Origin: the human T2T-CHM13v2.0 reference genome, Homo sapiens
Length of the DNA: 64,000 bases
Assembly: GCF_009914755.1 (NCBI RefSeq)
Contig: NC_060937.1
Direction: 5' to 3' (one strand)
Part shown: piece after piece, positions 12,542 through 26,794 of the stretch
Layout: each line of letters opens with the position of its first letter
Numbering within the stretch: the stretch's first letter is position 1
Notes under the pieces: model-generated
Databases searched by the model: none
Seen by the model: only the letters and a program-made list of their open reading frames with translations
What the model was told of the DNA's origin: nothing
Translations under genes and position numbers: made by a program

Positions 12542-15500
12542 ATTAGATTGTGTCTCTAGAAACTTAGTGGAGACTTTTAGCTTTTATTTTTGATTTCTAC
12601 TCAATATTATTGTCAATATGGGCAAATACATTATCTTTCGTTTTTGTTAACAAGTGGGCATTTTTGTGCACTCAGGAGATCATTCCCTGTGGGGTCTCGT
12701 CTCTAAACAACTAACCTTTCACCCTTTGTAGGTTCCAGGTTTGGTAGTTTATCTCTCAATTTGTGCAAAAAAAAAAAAAAAAAAGAAAAGGAAAAAAATA
12801 TATATATACCCACTAAGATTCAGTTCTAGGCCAAAAGTATTCAACAGATGTTCTCAGTGTTAATACCAGTTACAGTACTATCTTACTTCTCTGCATTTGT
12901 GTTTTTTATTGTTATTATGATTTATGGCCTTTATTTTTATCTATTCAGGTAAGCGTTTTGGTTTTCTTAAGCCATCCTATGTCTCTGTTTAGACTTTAAA
13001 TATGTCGTAACTTTTTGCATATAGAAATTCAAAAACATGACAAGTTCTTTTTTTGTAAGCTAGATATTTACCATGTCTTTTTATATGTTTGTTTTGAATT
13101 TTCATGTTATCCTTCTCCTATGTATGCAATGCCTATATACACAAACATAGGAGGGCCAATATAATAATGCATTGTTAACATTTTACCAAACCTCCCCTAG
13201 AAATTATTTTTCCCATAATACTTATTGAGGTGAAAGCATAAAAACTAGTTTAAGATTAAACAGTTATTAAGTGGCAGAAACTGCATGCTGAACTCTTTGT
13301 ACCTAAACAAATAGTGGACTCATCCAACTACACCATAAAAAGACATGTCAAAATATTATAAAATTATAAAGAGCTATATATTGGGAAATACTCTAAAGAA
13401 GGAGGTAATAAAATGCGAACTGGGTGTATTCAGATCTCATTTATAATTTTGAGAAAATGGCTTCATATTACAGTGAAAAAATTTTGTTAATTACCCAATA
13501 TAAATGTTGTCAAATAAACTGGATATTTGCTTTAAAATGTATCAATTTAGTTATAATTTATAATTATAATTTATCAATTATTATTTTAATTTACAGTTTA
13601 GGAACTAATTGTACTAAAAATAAATTATAAATTGTTTCCAGAATTTCAGGATTCAAAATTATGTTTTTATATTACAACCATTATATTTGTTTTTGGAAGC
13701 CAGTAGTTTGATATACATTTTATATGTACTTCATTTATATCAAGAGGCAATCTTCTTGAAACATTCTATGGATATCAAGCTTTATATATCAAACTATTAA
13801 TCTAAGCATATATTTGAAAAAAGGAGATAACAAATTTTCTCTTATAAAGTAAAATTATTTCATTTATGTATCAAAAATTTCTGTAAATAAAGTGAAATCA
13901 CACATACTAAAAAAAAAGTCTCTTTAGTGTTGAATAAAATCTAAACATTAGATGTTTGATATATAATTTTAAGGAGTTTTCTCTTCTTGTACATCATCCA
14001 TCTTTATAAAGTTGAAATACTGTTTTGACTTGAAAGTTATGGTATTATTTTGTGTTTTTTATATAATCTGATCTCAGATTCAATGTGATAGAGTAAATTT
14101 AATGAGAAAGTTATACCTTGTTTTCAGATTCTGCCACTTAATAGCTTGAAGGCACTGAAATTTAAAATTCACTATATGTTTTTATTAATGATAAAATAAT
14201 GTCACATCTAATTTACATAATTGTATAAAGCTTTGGAATATTTAAACTTATGCAATCACACATTATATGTGGTGGCACAAAGTATTAAATATTATTGCAT
14301 GAATCATTTTAATTATATTTATTAAAACTTTTCATCTCCCAATAATTTTTTATTTTGACACTTCAGTAAAAATATTAAAATGATAAAAGTGACATTTTGA
14401 TGTTATAATTCAAAATTTCCATTGTCTTGAATACATCAGATTGACTAAAAGGAATATTTAGCACATCTACTACAATATAGAATTTACTGATTTTTAAATA
14501 TATCAAAAATACCTAACTATTTGTCATTCATCATGTTTTATTCCTGATTTAAAACTGAAAACATAATGTATGAAAATATATATTTTTAATTTTTGGGTCA
14601 TGTACTAATGAAAGACATACAATCATAAGAAATTTCTTTATCCAACCTGCCTGAAATAATATTCACATGGTCTTGAGTTTCTCAAGGGTTTATTCACTTT
14701 TACATAATCATAAGTTTAATTTTTAATAAGATACTAGCACGTAATTAAAATTTTTAAGTGCATTATCAATTCCAATTAATTTTCAGATCATTTTATACAT
14801 GATTGTGTCATTTTAAAAGACATTGCTTCCAAATGTAAATAAAGTGAGCATTCCAGATATATTGTAAAGATTATATTCATGATTGGATTATCTATCTTCA
14901 AGGATAAGGAAAAAGTTTTAAACACAAACATTAAATATAAGGTGAGGGTGTAATATTGACTTATTTGTAATTAGAAAACTAGATCTAAACATTCTCTTAG
15001 CAAAAATAGGTGAACCATTCTGGAGCAAATTACTAATATAAATTATTTGGAGGTAAACGTCAGTTTTGCACCTAATGCACAGTTATTCATATTTCTTTAT
15101 AATAAATGATTACTAGAAATTCATATACTATGCATAAGTAAGCATTTCCATAGGCTGTCAACCTAAAATAAGCATATGCAAAATATTAGGACTGTATACA
15201 CGTATTGTTTTAAAATAAGAGTTGACTTCCATGAATTTTGAGATTTTATTACAGAAGATAAAAATGCTTTATTGTTTCTGGTTTTATACAAATAACATTT
15301 ATCAGTTCACACCATTTATAACTGATAATCTATCTGTACTTAAAATTTTCAAGCTTCCTTGTTAATTTAAATATTGTTATTCTTCCATGAAGAAAATTAT
15401 CATTATCATTTTAGAGATAATCTTGATAAACTCTCAAAAAGTTTGTACTACAGAAGAATTTTCTTTAGGTTTTCACATCATCCACTGTAATAGGTAATAA

Positions 15501-18497
15501 CTGGTGCCTGAATTTTTTTCTCAAGCATTGGGAAATGAACATAGTTATTGACTCACATAAAATATTTATCCTGTATCTCATATTTTAAGTTGACCGTGTT
15601 GAATATGACAATTAATGTCAATATTTGAGTCTAATGTATTTGCAGAAAATGTGTAAGCTATATAAACACAACACTAAAAGATGATGAAGGAAGTTTCCTG
15701 TTATGTCAAAATTGAAACCTAATTCACTTTCAAGTCCACAATTTTTTTGCACTATATTTATTACTTTTTTAAAAAAAACAAACTCTTTTATTTAAAGGTG
15801 AATATTTAACTTCATTAAGATGTGCAAATGTGATTATCTGAGATAAAAGTTAAACAATTCATTGTCTCAAATCTATTTTACTTTTTTTCCATGTGAGTAT
15901 ATATCTATTTTTTAGCCAGTGTTTCCTTAACCTTAAATACAGTGCATGTCCTCAGAGTAAAACACTCATGCGCAGTATTTCTCCGTATTTATTAAAAAGA
16001 ATCATCTAAACATAAAATTTTACTACTAAATTGGAAAATGCATTTACTTAGGAAAATGTGCCTTACTCTTCCTGTGAAGCTTGACATAATTTTCTTCTTT
16101 ACCTTACCCATTTCTCGTTTCAAAAGATCTCGGAGAGGTCCTTCCGGATAATGCCATCTAAAATATCCCTGTCCCAACTCTACTTCCCTATCCCTAACAC
16201 ACATTATCTTTTACTCTTAGAAATTTGTTGTATACTTATTTGTTTCTAGATAAGTTATTTTTGTGCTGATAAGAATGCCAGCTCTGTAAGGACTCTGTCA
16301 TTTCTGCACCTTATATTCCTACTAAGATAATTATCTGGCACACAAAAAATCAATTAGCATATGTACAGTTGTAATACATGGAGAAACCACAAAAATACTT
16401 CCTCATAAAATTCTCCTAATCCAATATCAGTAGTTTTAACTTTTCTTAGCATTTTTATTACAACTTTCTTAGAAGAAATTTATGAACTGAATTTTGGGCG
16501 TGTTAAATATCAGCGTCCTGTACAACATCTGATTGTCAAGATCTATTATTGTTTGGTTGTGTACGAATAAAAAGATGCCATCTGTGCTAGTAAGGAAGAT
16601 TTAGGAGTTACTATTAATATAATAGTGGGGTCAATTAAATTAAAGTTGATACAATTGCCCAGTGAAGTATAAAATATAGAAGAAAAGAGAATATAGCCAA
16701 ACACTGAAGAATACTATTATTTATGGTGCGGACAGAGGAAAGGAAATGGAAGCAGCTGGTCCAGGCTGTCCAACAGATTTTGTGTAGGGTGGGAGCTCAT
16801 TACACTTTTTTCTACCAGCAATCAAGAAACCAAACAATTCAGGTACTCTGCCTTTTTTTTTTTTTTGGTCTCATCTACTGTCAAATCCAGAGTCTCAACG
16901 GCTCCTTCTGCCAATGAAAAGTAATAACAAAGGAGAAAAACTAGTGGAGATCAGTATTATGGAAATCAAGAAGAGAGCAATTTTCAAGAAGAATAGGTTA
17001 TCAAATATCGAAGAGAAATCAGAAAAGTCAGAAAACGATCTATTAATTTGTTCAATACTAATTTTTTAAAATCTTAAGGCACGGATCAATTTTCATTTAC
17101 TTCAATTTTCCCCGAGTTTTGCTCTACTGAAAAGATTTTATCTGCTGTGTACTTCTTTTTTGCCTATCTTCTCTGAAGGACTCTCCTAACAATGAGCTTC
17201 CCGATATGTGTCCTGCTGATCACAATAAGACATCATGACTCTCTTGTGCTCTAATTTTTATGATAATTTCAGTCACTAAGATTTGAGAGATTTAGATATC
17301 TTACCAAAATTTTGAGGGATGCCAAGAAGTGTTACATTAAGTACAGGCCAGAGTATCTCTATTTTTCTAAGGCAGTTTGACTAAAACTTTTAAATTCATT
17401 CCTTTTTATATTCTCAATGTAACAAAGCCTGCAAGCCTGCCATCATAAGACTTTCTCCTTTGTAGATACAAAGTTCAAATCTCCTTCTGCCCTGGGAGTA
17501 TATTCTTTCTATGAAATTCCAACTGCTTCACTGTTGCATACACTGAACAGATCAACCCCTTTCCCCCACGCCCCTTTAGTTGATCCTGTTGAATAAAGAG
17601 TGTATTTTCATTTGATATTATCTAATGCTTCTTTGAGAGTATAACTTTGTCGGATTCTTGAAGGACATGATGTGGATACAACAGAAATGACTGAGTCTAT
17701 ACCATATTATCTAGAATACAGTGGCATTTAATTAATGTTTGTTGAGTTCTTAAAAACATATTTTTCCATATTTTTCTCTTAACAGTACTGGCACAATTTC
17801 GGTATTTAAAAAGTATGTGTGTATTTTACAGCAGATTTGTCCTGTTCATTCTCTAAATAAAATATATAGTGTCTGTCAACTTCAGCATTTCCATATCTCC
17901 TCTTTTTCTTTCCCCGAGCCACCAGAAATGACTCTAATAGTTTTATACACTTGAGCTTAAATACATCTAGAGCAAGGAGGTCTTTCTAAAATGAGTAACA
18001 TGAAAATACATTATGTGGCAGACTACTGTGTGATGATACAACTCATTAATATATGTAACAGTAACTTCTGCGACACAAGTGAAATCCACAGGAAAAAAAA
18101 GATAAATAATTTTTATTTGGGTATCAATTGTAGAGTATCGTTGAGAAGAACAGAGGATGTTAAATGCTACTTCAGATGTCAGGTAGAATAGAGAGCTACT
18201 AATCATTGCAGTAGTACAAAATGCAAATAGTTGGTGAAAAGAGTGTCCCAATTGTCAGTCCTCAGAACATGTTTAGTCTTCTACGAGGGCCCACCAAAAC
18301 AAACAAACATACATGTGGGGAATGTTCTTTGGGTACTCTTAGTGTTATCAGTGTGGAATTTATGGAAGGCTGAATTTTCATAGTAATAGACTGGAGTCTA
18401 ATAAATACTTTTTTTGTAATTGTTTTTAGTTACCTATATTTACTCCAAGAATGGTGTAGCCTAAAAACAAACAAACAAACAAACAACAACATAAAAC

Positions 18498-18813
18498 GCT
18501 GGGTGCCATGGCTCATGCCTGTAATCCTAGCACTTTGGGAGGCCGAGGCGGGCGGATCACGAGGTCAGGAGATCGAGACCATCCTGGCTAACACGGTGAA
18601 ATCCCGTCTCTACTAAAAATATAAAAAATTAGCCAGGTGTGGTGGCATGTGCCTGTAGTTCCAGCTACTGGGGAGGCTGAGGCAGGAGAATTGCTTGAAC
18701 CCGGGAGGTGGAGGTTCAGTGAGCCGACATCATGCCACAGCACTCCAGCCTGGGTGAAAAACAAAAAACAAAAAACAAAAAACAAAAAGAAGAAAAAAAC
18801 AAACCAAAAAAAA
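18498..18813 (+). mobile_element. Alu SINE (Y-like left arm, S-like right arm) with CAAA-type tail
   Basis: Full dimer, preceded by a (CAAA)n tract at ~18463-18490. Confidence 0.95.
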
Positions 18814-19109
18814 CCTATTTTACGTTTATCTCAACTAATTGCTAGATGAGTTGGGATTAGGACCAGTTTAATTCAAAGGTGAAAACAATCATTTACATGA
18901 GCTGCTTACATACACACACACAGAAATTATCCTCTTTTTAAAGTTTACTGCTGTCACAATATTATGAGTCTTCTGCTTGCCTTGGGAAAAACACTGTAAG
19001 CTGTTTTTGTTTTATTTCTGTTGCCCAAGTTATCATAAAGTCTTGTGTAAATAAAATATTTAGAGGTAAGAAAGAAATACTGTCTACCTACTTAAGTGAA
19101 TATAGATGG

Positions 19110-19290
19110 AAGAATATAAATATATATACATATATACATAATATACATAAATATTCATAAATATATATACACATAATATATAAATATATATACATAAATA
19201 TGTATATAAATATATAAAATATGTACACAAAATCTATACATAAATATAAATATATATACATAAATATAAATATATATACACACATAAATG
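19110..19290. repeat. AT-rich low-complexity minisatellite (~20-bp ATAAATATATATACATAAAT units)
   Basis: Directly visible tandem TA/TACA repeats. Confidence 0.85.
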
Positions 19291-21234
19291 AAAGGTATTA
19301 CCCTGGGGCAAAGGGAAGTAAATTTTGTGAGGTTCCCTGAGAGCATCTGGACATACTGCGTACCTGAAGATAAGTAAGGGGTATATTATTGCATAATTTC
19401 CAGTTCTTAAGCAAGCTACCATGTTCACAACACTTGCAAATGTTAAATCTGAATGCTGAGCCAAACTAAAATATATTCCATTTATAACTGTTGCAGTTAT
19501 ATGTGCTTATTATAGTTGGTATTTTGGCCAATAAAATATTTTCATAGGAACATAAATATTAATTGTATGTTCTGCCAGATGCATGCTTAACTTTGGTCAA
19601 AATATTTAACATTAGAGATGTTAAAATATTTTCCTATATTATAAAAAGTGAAGAATTGAAAAGCTTGTTTATTTTTTCTGATATAGAAAGAGCTAAGAAC
19701 TGTGTTTGGCACCGTGGAAATATGAAAAAATAGTATCTACGATTAAAAGTTTTCCAAAAATATTAATTATTTTATGTGTTTTATTCATTCATATTGAGTA
19801 ATGACCGTATGCAATTTCTCCACTAAGAATAAGCAATAAATTGGTAAATAAAGCTTTTATAGTGCACTTCCAAAGATACATATGTAACAATACAGTTGCA
19901 GGCTGGGAATATATATGCAAAGGAAGAAGTGGGTATTGCTATTACACTGTATAGAAAGGGCACCTAACATGATTTTGGAGCCAAGGGATTTATTCTCAGT
20001 GTAATTAATATCTACTTTGAAATGTGTATCATAATTTGCCAGGTGATGATTGGGTGAAGTTTTGCAGGAACCAACTGCATACAAAAAGAAAAAAAACTGG
20101 CAGCAAAAGAGCATAATTAGTGGCTAGTAGGTGACACCAAAAAAAAAAAAATTCTTAATTTGCTATGGTTTCACAATGGCAATGTGGTAATCATAAAAAC
20201 AAATCCTTCTTCAGAGATGATAAGTGAGCTATTTACAGTATTGCAGCATTGCAGTGATTTATGATGTTCAAAGTAAACATAAAAAACTACAGAGTAAAAT
20301 GAAACACTATTGGCAAAATGTTGAGAACACTGCAAGTAAGGCATAGGCACATGAGTCTTAGTAAACCTCTAACTTGGTGTGTATGAAATATCTCCACAAT
20401 AAAAATTTGAAGGAAAAATTAGAAGTAAAAATTAGAAGAAAAAATCCCACAGAGAATGAAAGAGAATTCATAATCTGGGAAAGTTATTTGAATTCTAAAA
20501 ACAAAAAAAAAACGCAATAATATATAGATAAGTGTTAATTATTCCTAAGAAAACTATAGACAACTTCAAAATTATAGGCAACAGGTTTTCATAGGAAAGT
20601 AATTAGGAATGACTTATATAAATATAATTAGTAATCATGAAAATGTAAATTAGGACCAAAATGAGATGTTTCATATCAAATAGACAACAATTAAGAAGCT
20701 TACTAATAAATATCAAGCATTAGTAAGAATTTTCATCAATAGATAGTTTTATTGCTCTTACTAGGCTTTTAAATTGATACAAGTACATTAACAACGTGAC
20801 AGCCATATAAAGTTAAATACCCATAAACTCCAAAAAGCAGTAATTTCACTGTTAGAGTCATATATCTTTGGGAACTCTTGTACATCACCACCAGTGTTTC
20901 CATAAGAATGGGATTGTAGTTAAGTGGGAGAGAAAAAAACGGTTCAGAAGACTGACTGGCTGTATACAATGTAGTGTATTTGCCAATGAAATACTATAGA
21001 TCAGAGAAAATATGGTTATAGAACACATCTCAGAAATAAAATATATGAATGAAAAAGAATGCTGTAAGACTCTTTATAGCATAATTTTATTGTCAGCAAA
21101 ATTATTAAAAAAACATAAGCACCTAAATATGTACACAAATAAATGCAGATGAATATACCCATATGCATATATATTATGCATTTTAGGAACTTTACATTTG
21201 TGATTAAACATTTTTAAATCTAAAAAATTTCTGC

Positions 21235-21296
<62 letters not shown>
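21235..21296. repeat. (TA)n microsatellite
   Basis: Near-perfect TA run of ~60 bp. Confidence 0.97.
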
Positions 21297-22514
21297 TCAG
21301 GTTATTGGTTAACCTGGTATGGAGGAAAACCTTAGGATACAGTAACAAGAAACAAAAATCCATATAGCAATACAATTGGCCTTCTGCTTGATGGGTTGAG
21401 TAGTTGATTCCTGAAACTAATTTTTTTTAAATTATTGTGCTTTAAGGTTCACATGTGTGTTGCATAGATTTTTTCATGTATACATATTATGTAATAAAAG
21501 TCAAAATGGATTAGTATGAGGGCATTCATATAGAGCAAAGGTTATTAATTACTAAAGCAAGGATGTATTATGTAATTATAAACAGAATAATTCATCCTTA
21601 ATTTATAACAATATAAACTTAACATACCAAAGGATATTGTATTGAATTAACTGAATACTCATAAAATAAGAACTTTAAAAGCATAAATCATATTTAAAAT
21701 ATTTGATGTGTCTACTTTCATATGTGACCGTATAAACAATTTGACAAAGACAAAATATGTCAATTAGCAATGATGTAATGGATTTGAATAAAGTTATCAA
21801 AAGGATTAAAACTATGTATATACACATAAACCTTTGTATACTGCAGATAAATTATATGTTTTTAATACAAATAAAGAGCATTTAATAAAAACAGTTGCAA
21901 GGCATACAATTGTAAAGAATAATAATCCAATAATAAAGTATTGTGAAGTAAAATGTAAGGTGACTATTATTTCTATATACACTTATAAAAATCATGAAAT
22001 ATTAAAAAAAGTAATCAGTATCAAAAAACCTAAAATTAAATTGATCTAGAAATGTATTAATTTAAAAAATAAAATAGCACAAGTAAACCAAAATCATAAA
22101 TATACTAGAAAAAATAAAGTTATCATTTACAATACTAATGAAAGAAAAATCTTTTTCACACAAAATAATGAATGCTCTTATGGTAAAGAAAATGAGGAAG
22201 AATTTTGCTGTTTATTTCGAATAGATTATTGCAAAATAAAGGCTTCATAGCCATAACCTGTATTTTTCATTCATTATCTAGGTATTATTCTAATACAGCA
22301 ACATTTCCACAAATTATAAAATTTTAATACTATCCCATTTTCTCTAAACATTTTTTGATGAATAAGAGTTACATGAATATGTAATCTGAGGATGTTAATC
22401 TTATCATTGCATCTGATAATCTTTTCAATTTTGCTGTACTTTTTACTACAGCTTAGTCTTTGTCAAACTTGTTAACTTCAGGAAAGCTGGATTTGGTACT
22501 TGTTGGTTGGCTTC

Positions 22515-22884
22515 TGATATGGTTTGGCTCTGCATCCCCACCCAAATCTCATGGTGAATTGTAATCCTCTCATGTTGAAGGAGGGGGCTGGTGGAAGGTG
22601 ATTGAATCATGGGGGAGGACTTGCCCTTGCTGTTCTCATGATGGAATTCTCAAGAGATCTGCTTGTTTAAAAGTGGTAGCACTTCCCCCTTCACTCTCTC
22701 TCCTGCTATGCCATGGTAAGATGTGCTTGCTTCCCCTTTGCCTTCCTCCCTGATTGTAAGTTTTCTGAGGTTCCCCAGCCTTCCTGTACAGCCTGTAGAA
22801 GTGTGAGTCAATTAAACCTCTTTTCTTCATAAGTTACTCAGTCTCAGGTAGTTCCTTACAGCAGTGTGATAACAGACTAACATA
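22515..22884 (+). mobile_element. MSTA-like MaLR solo LTR
   Basis: TGATATGGTTTGGCTCTG start and 'aacagactaacata' end; TSD GCTTC/GATTC. Confidence 0.9.
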
Positions 22885-23439
22885 GATTCCCTATGAGTGA
22901 GTGTTCCTAGAAAGTTAGAACATGGAAAGTGCCAGTGGAAGGCCAGATGCCTGATACTGGCAAATGTCATTTTCATTGTATTTCATTCAAAGCAATAAAG
23001 AACTTACCTATGTTTAAAAGCCCTAAAATGAGATACTTGTAAAAACAGGGTTAAACATTATTGACATTTTTTAAAAGAGGTGCATAGTTGCCAGGTTGAT
23101 GAGGCCACTGGAACCCTATTATATACATACACGTACACACACAAGCACACACATATAATAATACATAATACATACATAATACATATTATATAATACATAT
23201 TATATGTAACTTTTATACATAAACCATTATATCTATACATTCTATACATTACACGTATAAAAGTCATACCTCAGAAAACACTCATAATGATGAGAATTCA
23301 GTGCATGAAAGAAAACAGTAACATTTCTAGAAGAAAAAAGAAAAAGATCTACATTCAAAACTCCCATAAAATTCTCTACAGTAGCTGTAGAATACAGAAG
23401 AAAAATTTAACACAACTACATTATAAATTAGAGAAGGTT

Positions 23440-24035
23440 AAGAGATAAAGAGAAGTAAGATTTTGGTATTTCAATTGATCCAGTAAAATGAATAGCAGTA
23501 GATTGTAATAACCTACATAAATATGACTAAAAGGAAAACCTATAGAAATAAATACATACTCTCATAAACACTACAAATAAATCAAAATTAAAATTTAACA
23601 AATGTTGAAATAACCCAGAACTAGATAGGTAAATGAAATCAGAAGAAAACTATGAAACAAACAGCAACACAAACAAAAAGGCAAAAGTAAGCCCTAAAAT
23701 ATTAATAACTAAATGTAAATGTTCTAAATACACCAATTAAAAGTGATTAGCAAAGTCAATTTAAACACATATCCCAACTACATGCCCCTGAGAAAAGCAC
23801 TTCAAATATAGGAAGGTTGAAAGTGAAATGATGAAACATATATCACGCAAATAATAAGTTTTTAAAACAGGAGTGGATACATTCATATCAGAAAAAGTAG
23901 TCTTCATAGCAAATAAAATTACCAGAGGTATTGAGGGATATTATATTAATATAAATGGGACAGTCCTTCAAAAAACATAGCTATCCTAAATGTTTATGCA
24001 CCAAGCAATAGAGCTGCAAAATATGAAACAACTTG
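23440..24035 (+). mobile_element. Old L1 fragment (start of ORF2 endonuclease region)
   Basis: 'aatgtaaatgttctaaatacaccaattaaaag', 'cctaaatgtttatgcaccaagcaatagagctgcaaaatatgaa'. Confidence 0.75.
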
Positions 24036-25009
24036 AAAGAGGGAGAGGTGGGTGGAGGGATTGATAGAGAGGTAGTGTAAACTAGCTGCTGAATATAAAT
24101 ATGTATATGTACATATATGTTATGTATTTTACATATTACTGATTATATCATAAATATTCAAGTACTGACAGTCTTTTTCTGGTGCCTTCGCTACAATAGT
24201 GTTTTTATTTTGTTCTGTATACTTAAATTTTATGGAAAATGAAGTGAAGCAATGTTTTTAAAGCTCTTTACTGTTAAGCTGTCACCTGATGTATAGTAGT
24301 TGCAAAATTCATGGACATTGAGAAAACCTTTTCATTAAAGGTACCAACTTCAAAAAATGATGTAAAAGAAGTGCTTTTGAGAGCTGAAAGCTGTGGCCAC
24401 ATGGAACAAAAGAATAAATGGTAAGAGTTCTGTGTCATGTTCATATTGAAGTTTCATGCTTTTATAGCTCAACAGATCAAATGTGATGAACCACTTGGTC
24501 CATAAAAGGTTATGGGGCTTTCACTTTCACAAAACTAAAGAATCAAATTGCTCTTCTTTTAGAAATACCCTGAGAGATTAGAGATTTGGATTTAAAAAAA
24601 AAACAACGTCCTACCTTCTGCTACCAATTGTGAGTTGTGGGCTATTAGTGTCATGGATAGAATATACTTCTTTTAAAAACACCTAAAAGTGCTATATTAT
24701 GGTAACATCTTATTTTGTCATTAAAAGCTATGAGATGAAGTTCTCTTACATAAAATGTGAATGAGAATACCTGAATTTTTCCATTTTCTTTTGGTTCTGA
24801 ATTTGTCAACTGAACAAGACACACTGCACCTTCCATTATTATTATTGTGAAATTAATTTTTCTTAATTGTAATAATGTATTTTAGATTTGAATTACAAAA
24901 TCTAGAGACTATAGTCTCTACATGATTCTTTGTGAAACATATGACAAACATGATCAAATATGAAATATCTTTGTTAAATATCAATATTTTTCTCTTCTAA
25001 TCTACTCCT

Positions 25010-25470
25010 CTGTTCCTCCCTCACTGCCTTATACCCTCCCGGGCCTTCTTACTGATCCTTGAACATGTCAAATTAGCTGTGTCATGGGGCTTTGCACAGG
25101 TTTTTTTCCTTTGCTTAAATGCCCCTTACCAAGAGAACCATGTGACCAAAATCTTCTTCAATCTCTTAATAAACTATCTTCTTATGGTTAAAATGTCACT
25201 CTACCTCCCAATCCTCTTTATAATTTTAACTTTCCTATTATTTCTAAACTCACTTTCCTTGTTTCATTTCCCCCAAAATACTTAGCATCCTCAGCATAAT
25301 ATGTAATTTATTATATCTATTTGATTATCATTTGTTGCATATTTTCCATTAGCAGGAGTTAAGTTTCATGACGACAGTGATTTTTTATGCTTTGTTCACA
25401 GATACCATCCAAATTCCTTCTATGGTTAAAGACATGTAATGGGTACTCACAATATTTTTTGAATGAATGC
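25010..25470 (+). mobile_element. L2 3' fragment
   Basis: 'ggggctttgcacagg...' through 'gtactcacaatattttttgaatgaatg'. Confidence 0.7.
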
Positions 25471-25525
25471 TGCTGTAAAATGTAATACATTTATTTGTAT
25501 GTATTATAGGAAAAGGTTTCATATA

Positions 25526-26794
25526 TGAGGGGACTTCAAAAACTTCACCAAGAAATTAAACTTAAAAATAAAAATCTAAGTATGAACTTTGTCTCTTACT
25601 ATGAGCTAAGACGCTTTTGTAAGCAATGACAGCAACGATTTAGTTCATCTCTAAATAAATGATGGTCCTAAGAATTTAACCATGTCAAGGTAGTCTTTTT
25701 TACATTATTAATTAAATAAAATTCACGCCCTTTACAGATGTTTTTCAAATTAGGAAAGAAACGAAGTCAGAAGAAGCCAAATCAGAACCCTAAGGGGGAT
25801 GCCTAATGATTTTCCATTAAAACTCTCACAAAATTGCCCTTGTTAATGAGAGTAATGAGCAGAAGCATTGTTATGGCAGAGAGGGACTCTCTGATGAAGT
25901 TTGGCTGGGTGTTTGTGTGTTAAAGCATTGACTAACTTTCTCAAACACTCATAATAAGCAGGATTTATAGTTTTTGAACTTCCAGAGAATAAGCAAAGAG
26001 CCACGAGCATCCCAAAAAATGATGCCATGCCTTTGCTCTTGATCAGTCCACTTTTACTTTGACTGGACCACTTCCAACTCTTGATAGCCATTAGTTTATT
26101 TGTGCTTTGTCTTCAGGATAATATTGGTATAGCTATGTTTTATCTCCTGTTACAATTCTCTTAAGAAAGCCTTCAGGATCTTGATCTCACTTCTTTAAAA
26201 TTTTCACTGAATGTTTTGCTCTTGTCTGCAGCTGACCCAGGAACAAGTTTTGGGATCTATTAAATGGAAAGTTGGCACAACTTTAATTTTTTAGTAGTCA
26301 GAATTGTGTAAGGTTAACCAGTTGAGATGTCTGTGGTGTTGTGCACTGTTTCTGCTGTTAATTGTTGTTTTTCTTCAATTAGGGCATGAACAAGGTATTT
26401 TATTTCTAACAAATTGATGTGGATGGTCTGACGCTGTGGGCTTCAACATTGTCTTGTCCCTTCTTAAAACAAGTTAACCACTTGCACACTGCTCATTTCT
26501 CTAGGTTATTGTCCTCCTAAACTTTTCATAAAGCATCAATGATTCATTATTTTTCTACACAACCTTCACCATAAATTTGATATTGGTTCTTCCTTCATTT
26601 GAATAGAATACATGTTACTTTTCTAGGGGCTCTTTTCAAACTGATACCTTTTTCTTCTTAATGCCTCAAACTAGATACTGTTCAAACATGTTATAAAAAG
26701 TTAGTACAAGTTTATTACTATGCAAAAGTTTTGAAATTCATGAGTATTTTTTCATAGTGTGTATTTTTTCCATTATCATTTTAAAGACCCTTCA
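25526..26794 (-). mobile_element. HSMAR2 mariner transposon, full length, inactive
   Basis: Terminal inverted repeats TGAGGGGACTTCAAAAA / TTTTAAAGACCCTTCA, TA on the left, ~1.27 kb. ORF 25843..26091(-) retains 'KLHQRVPLCHNNASAH', like the mariner HHDNAPAH motif. Confidence 0.9.

Noticed and set aside
24903-24920. Perfect 18-bp palindrome TAGAGACTATAGTCTCTA
   Set aside because: By rough estimate, about one palindrome of this length is expected by chance in 64 kb.
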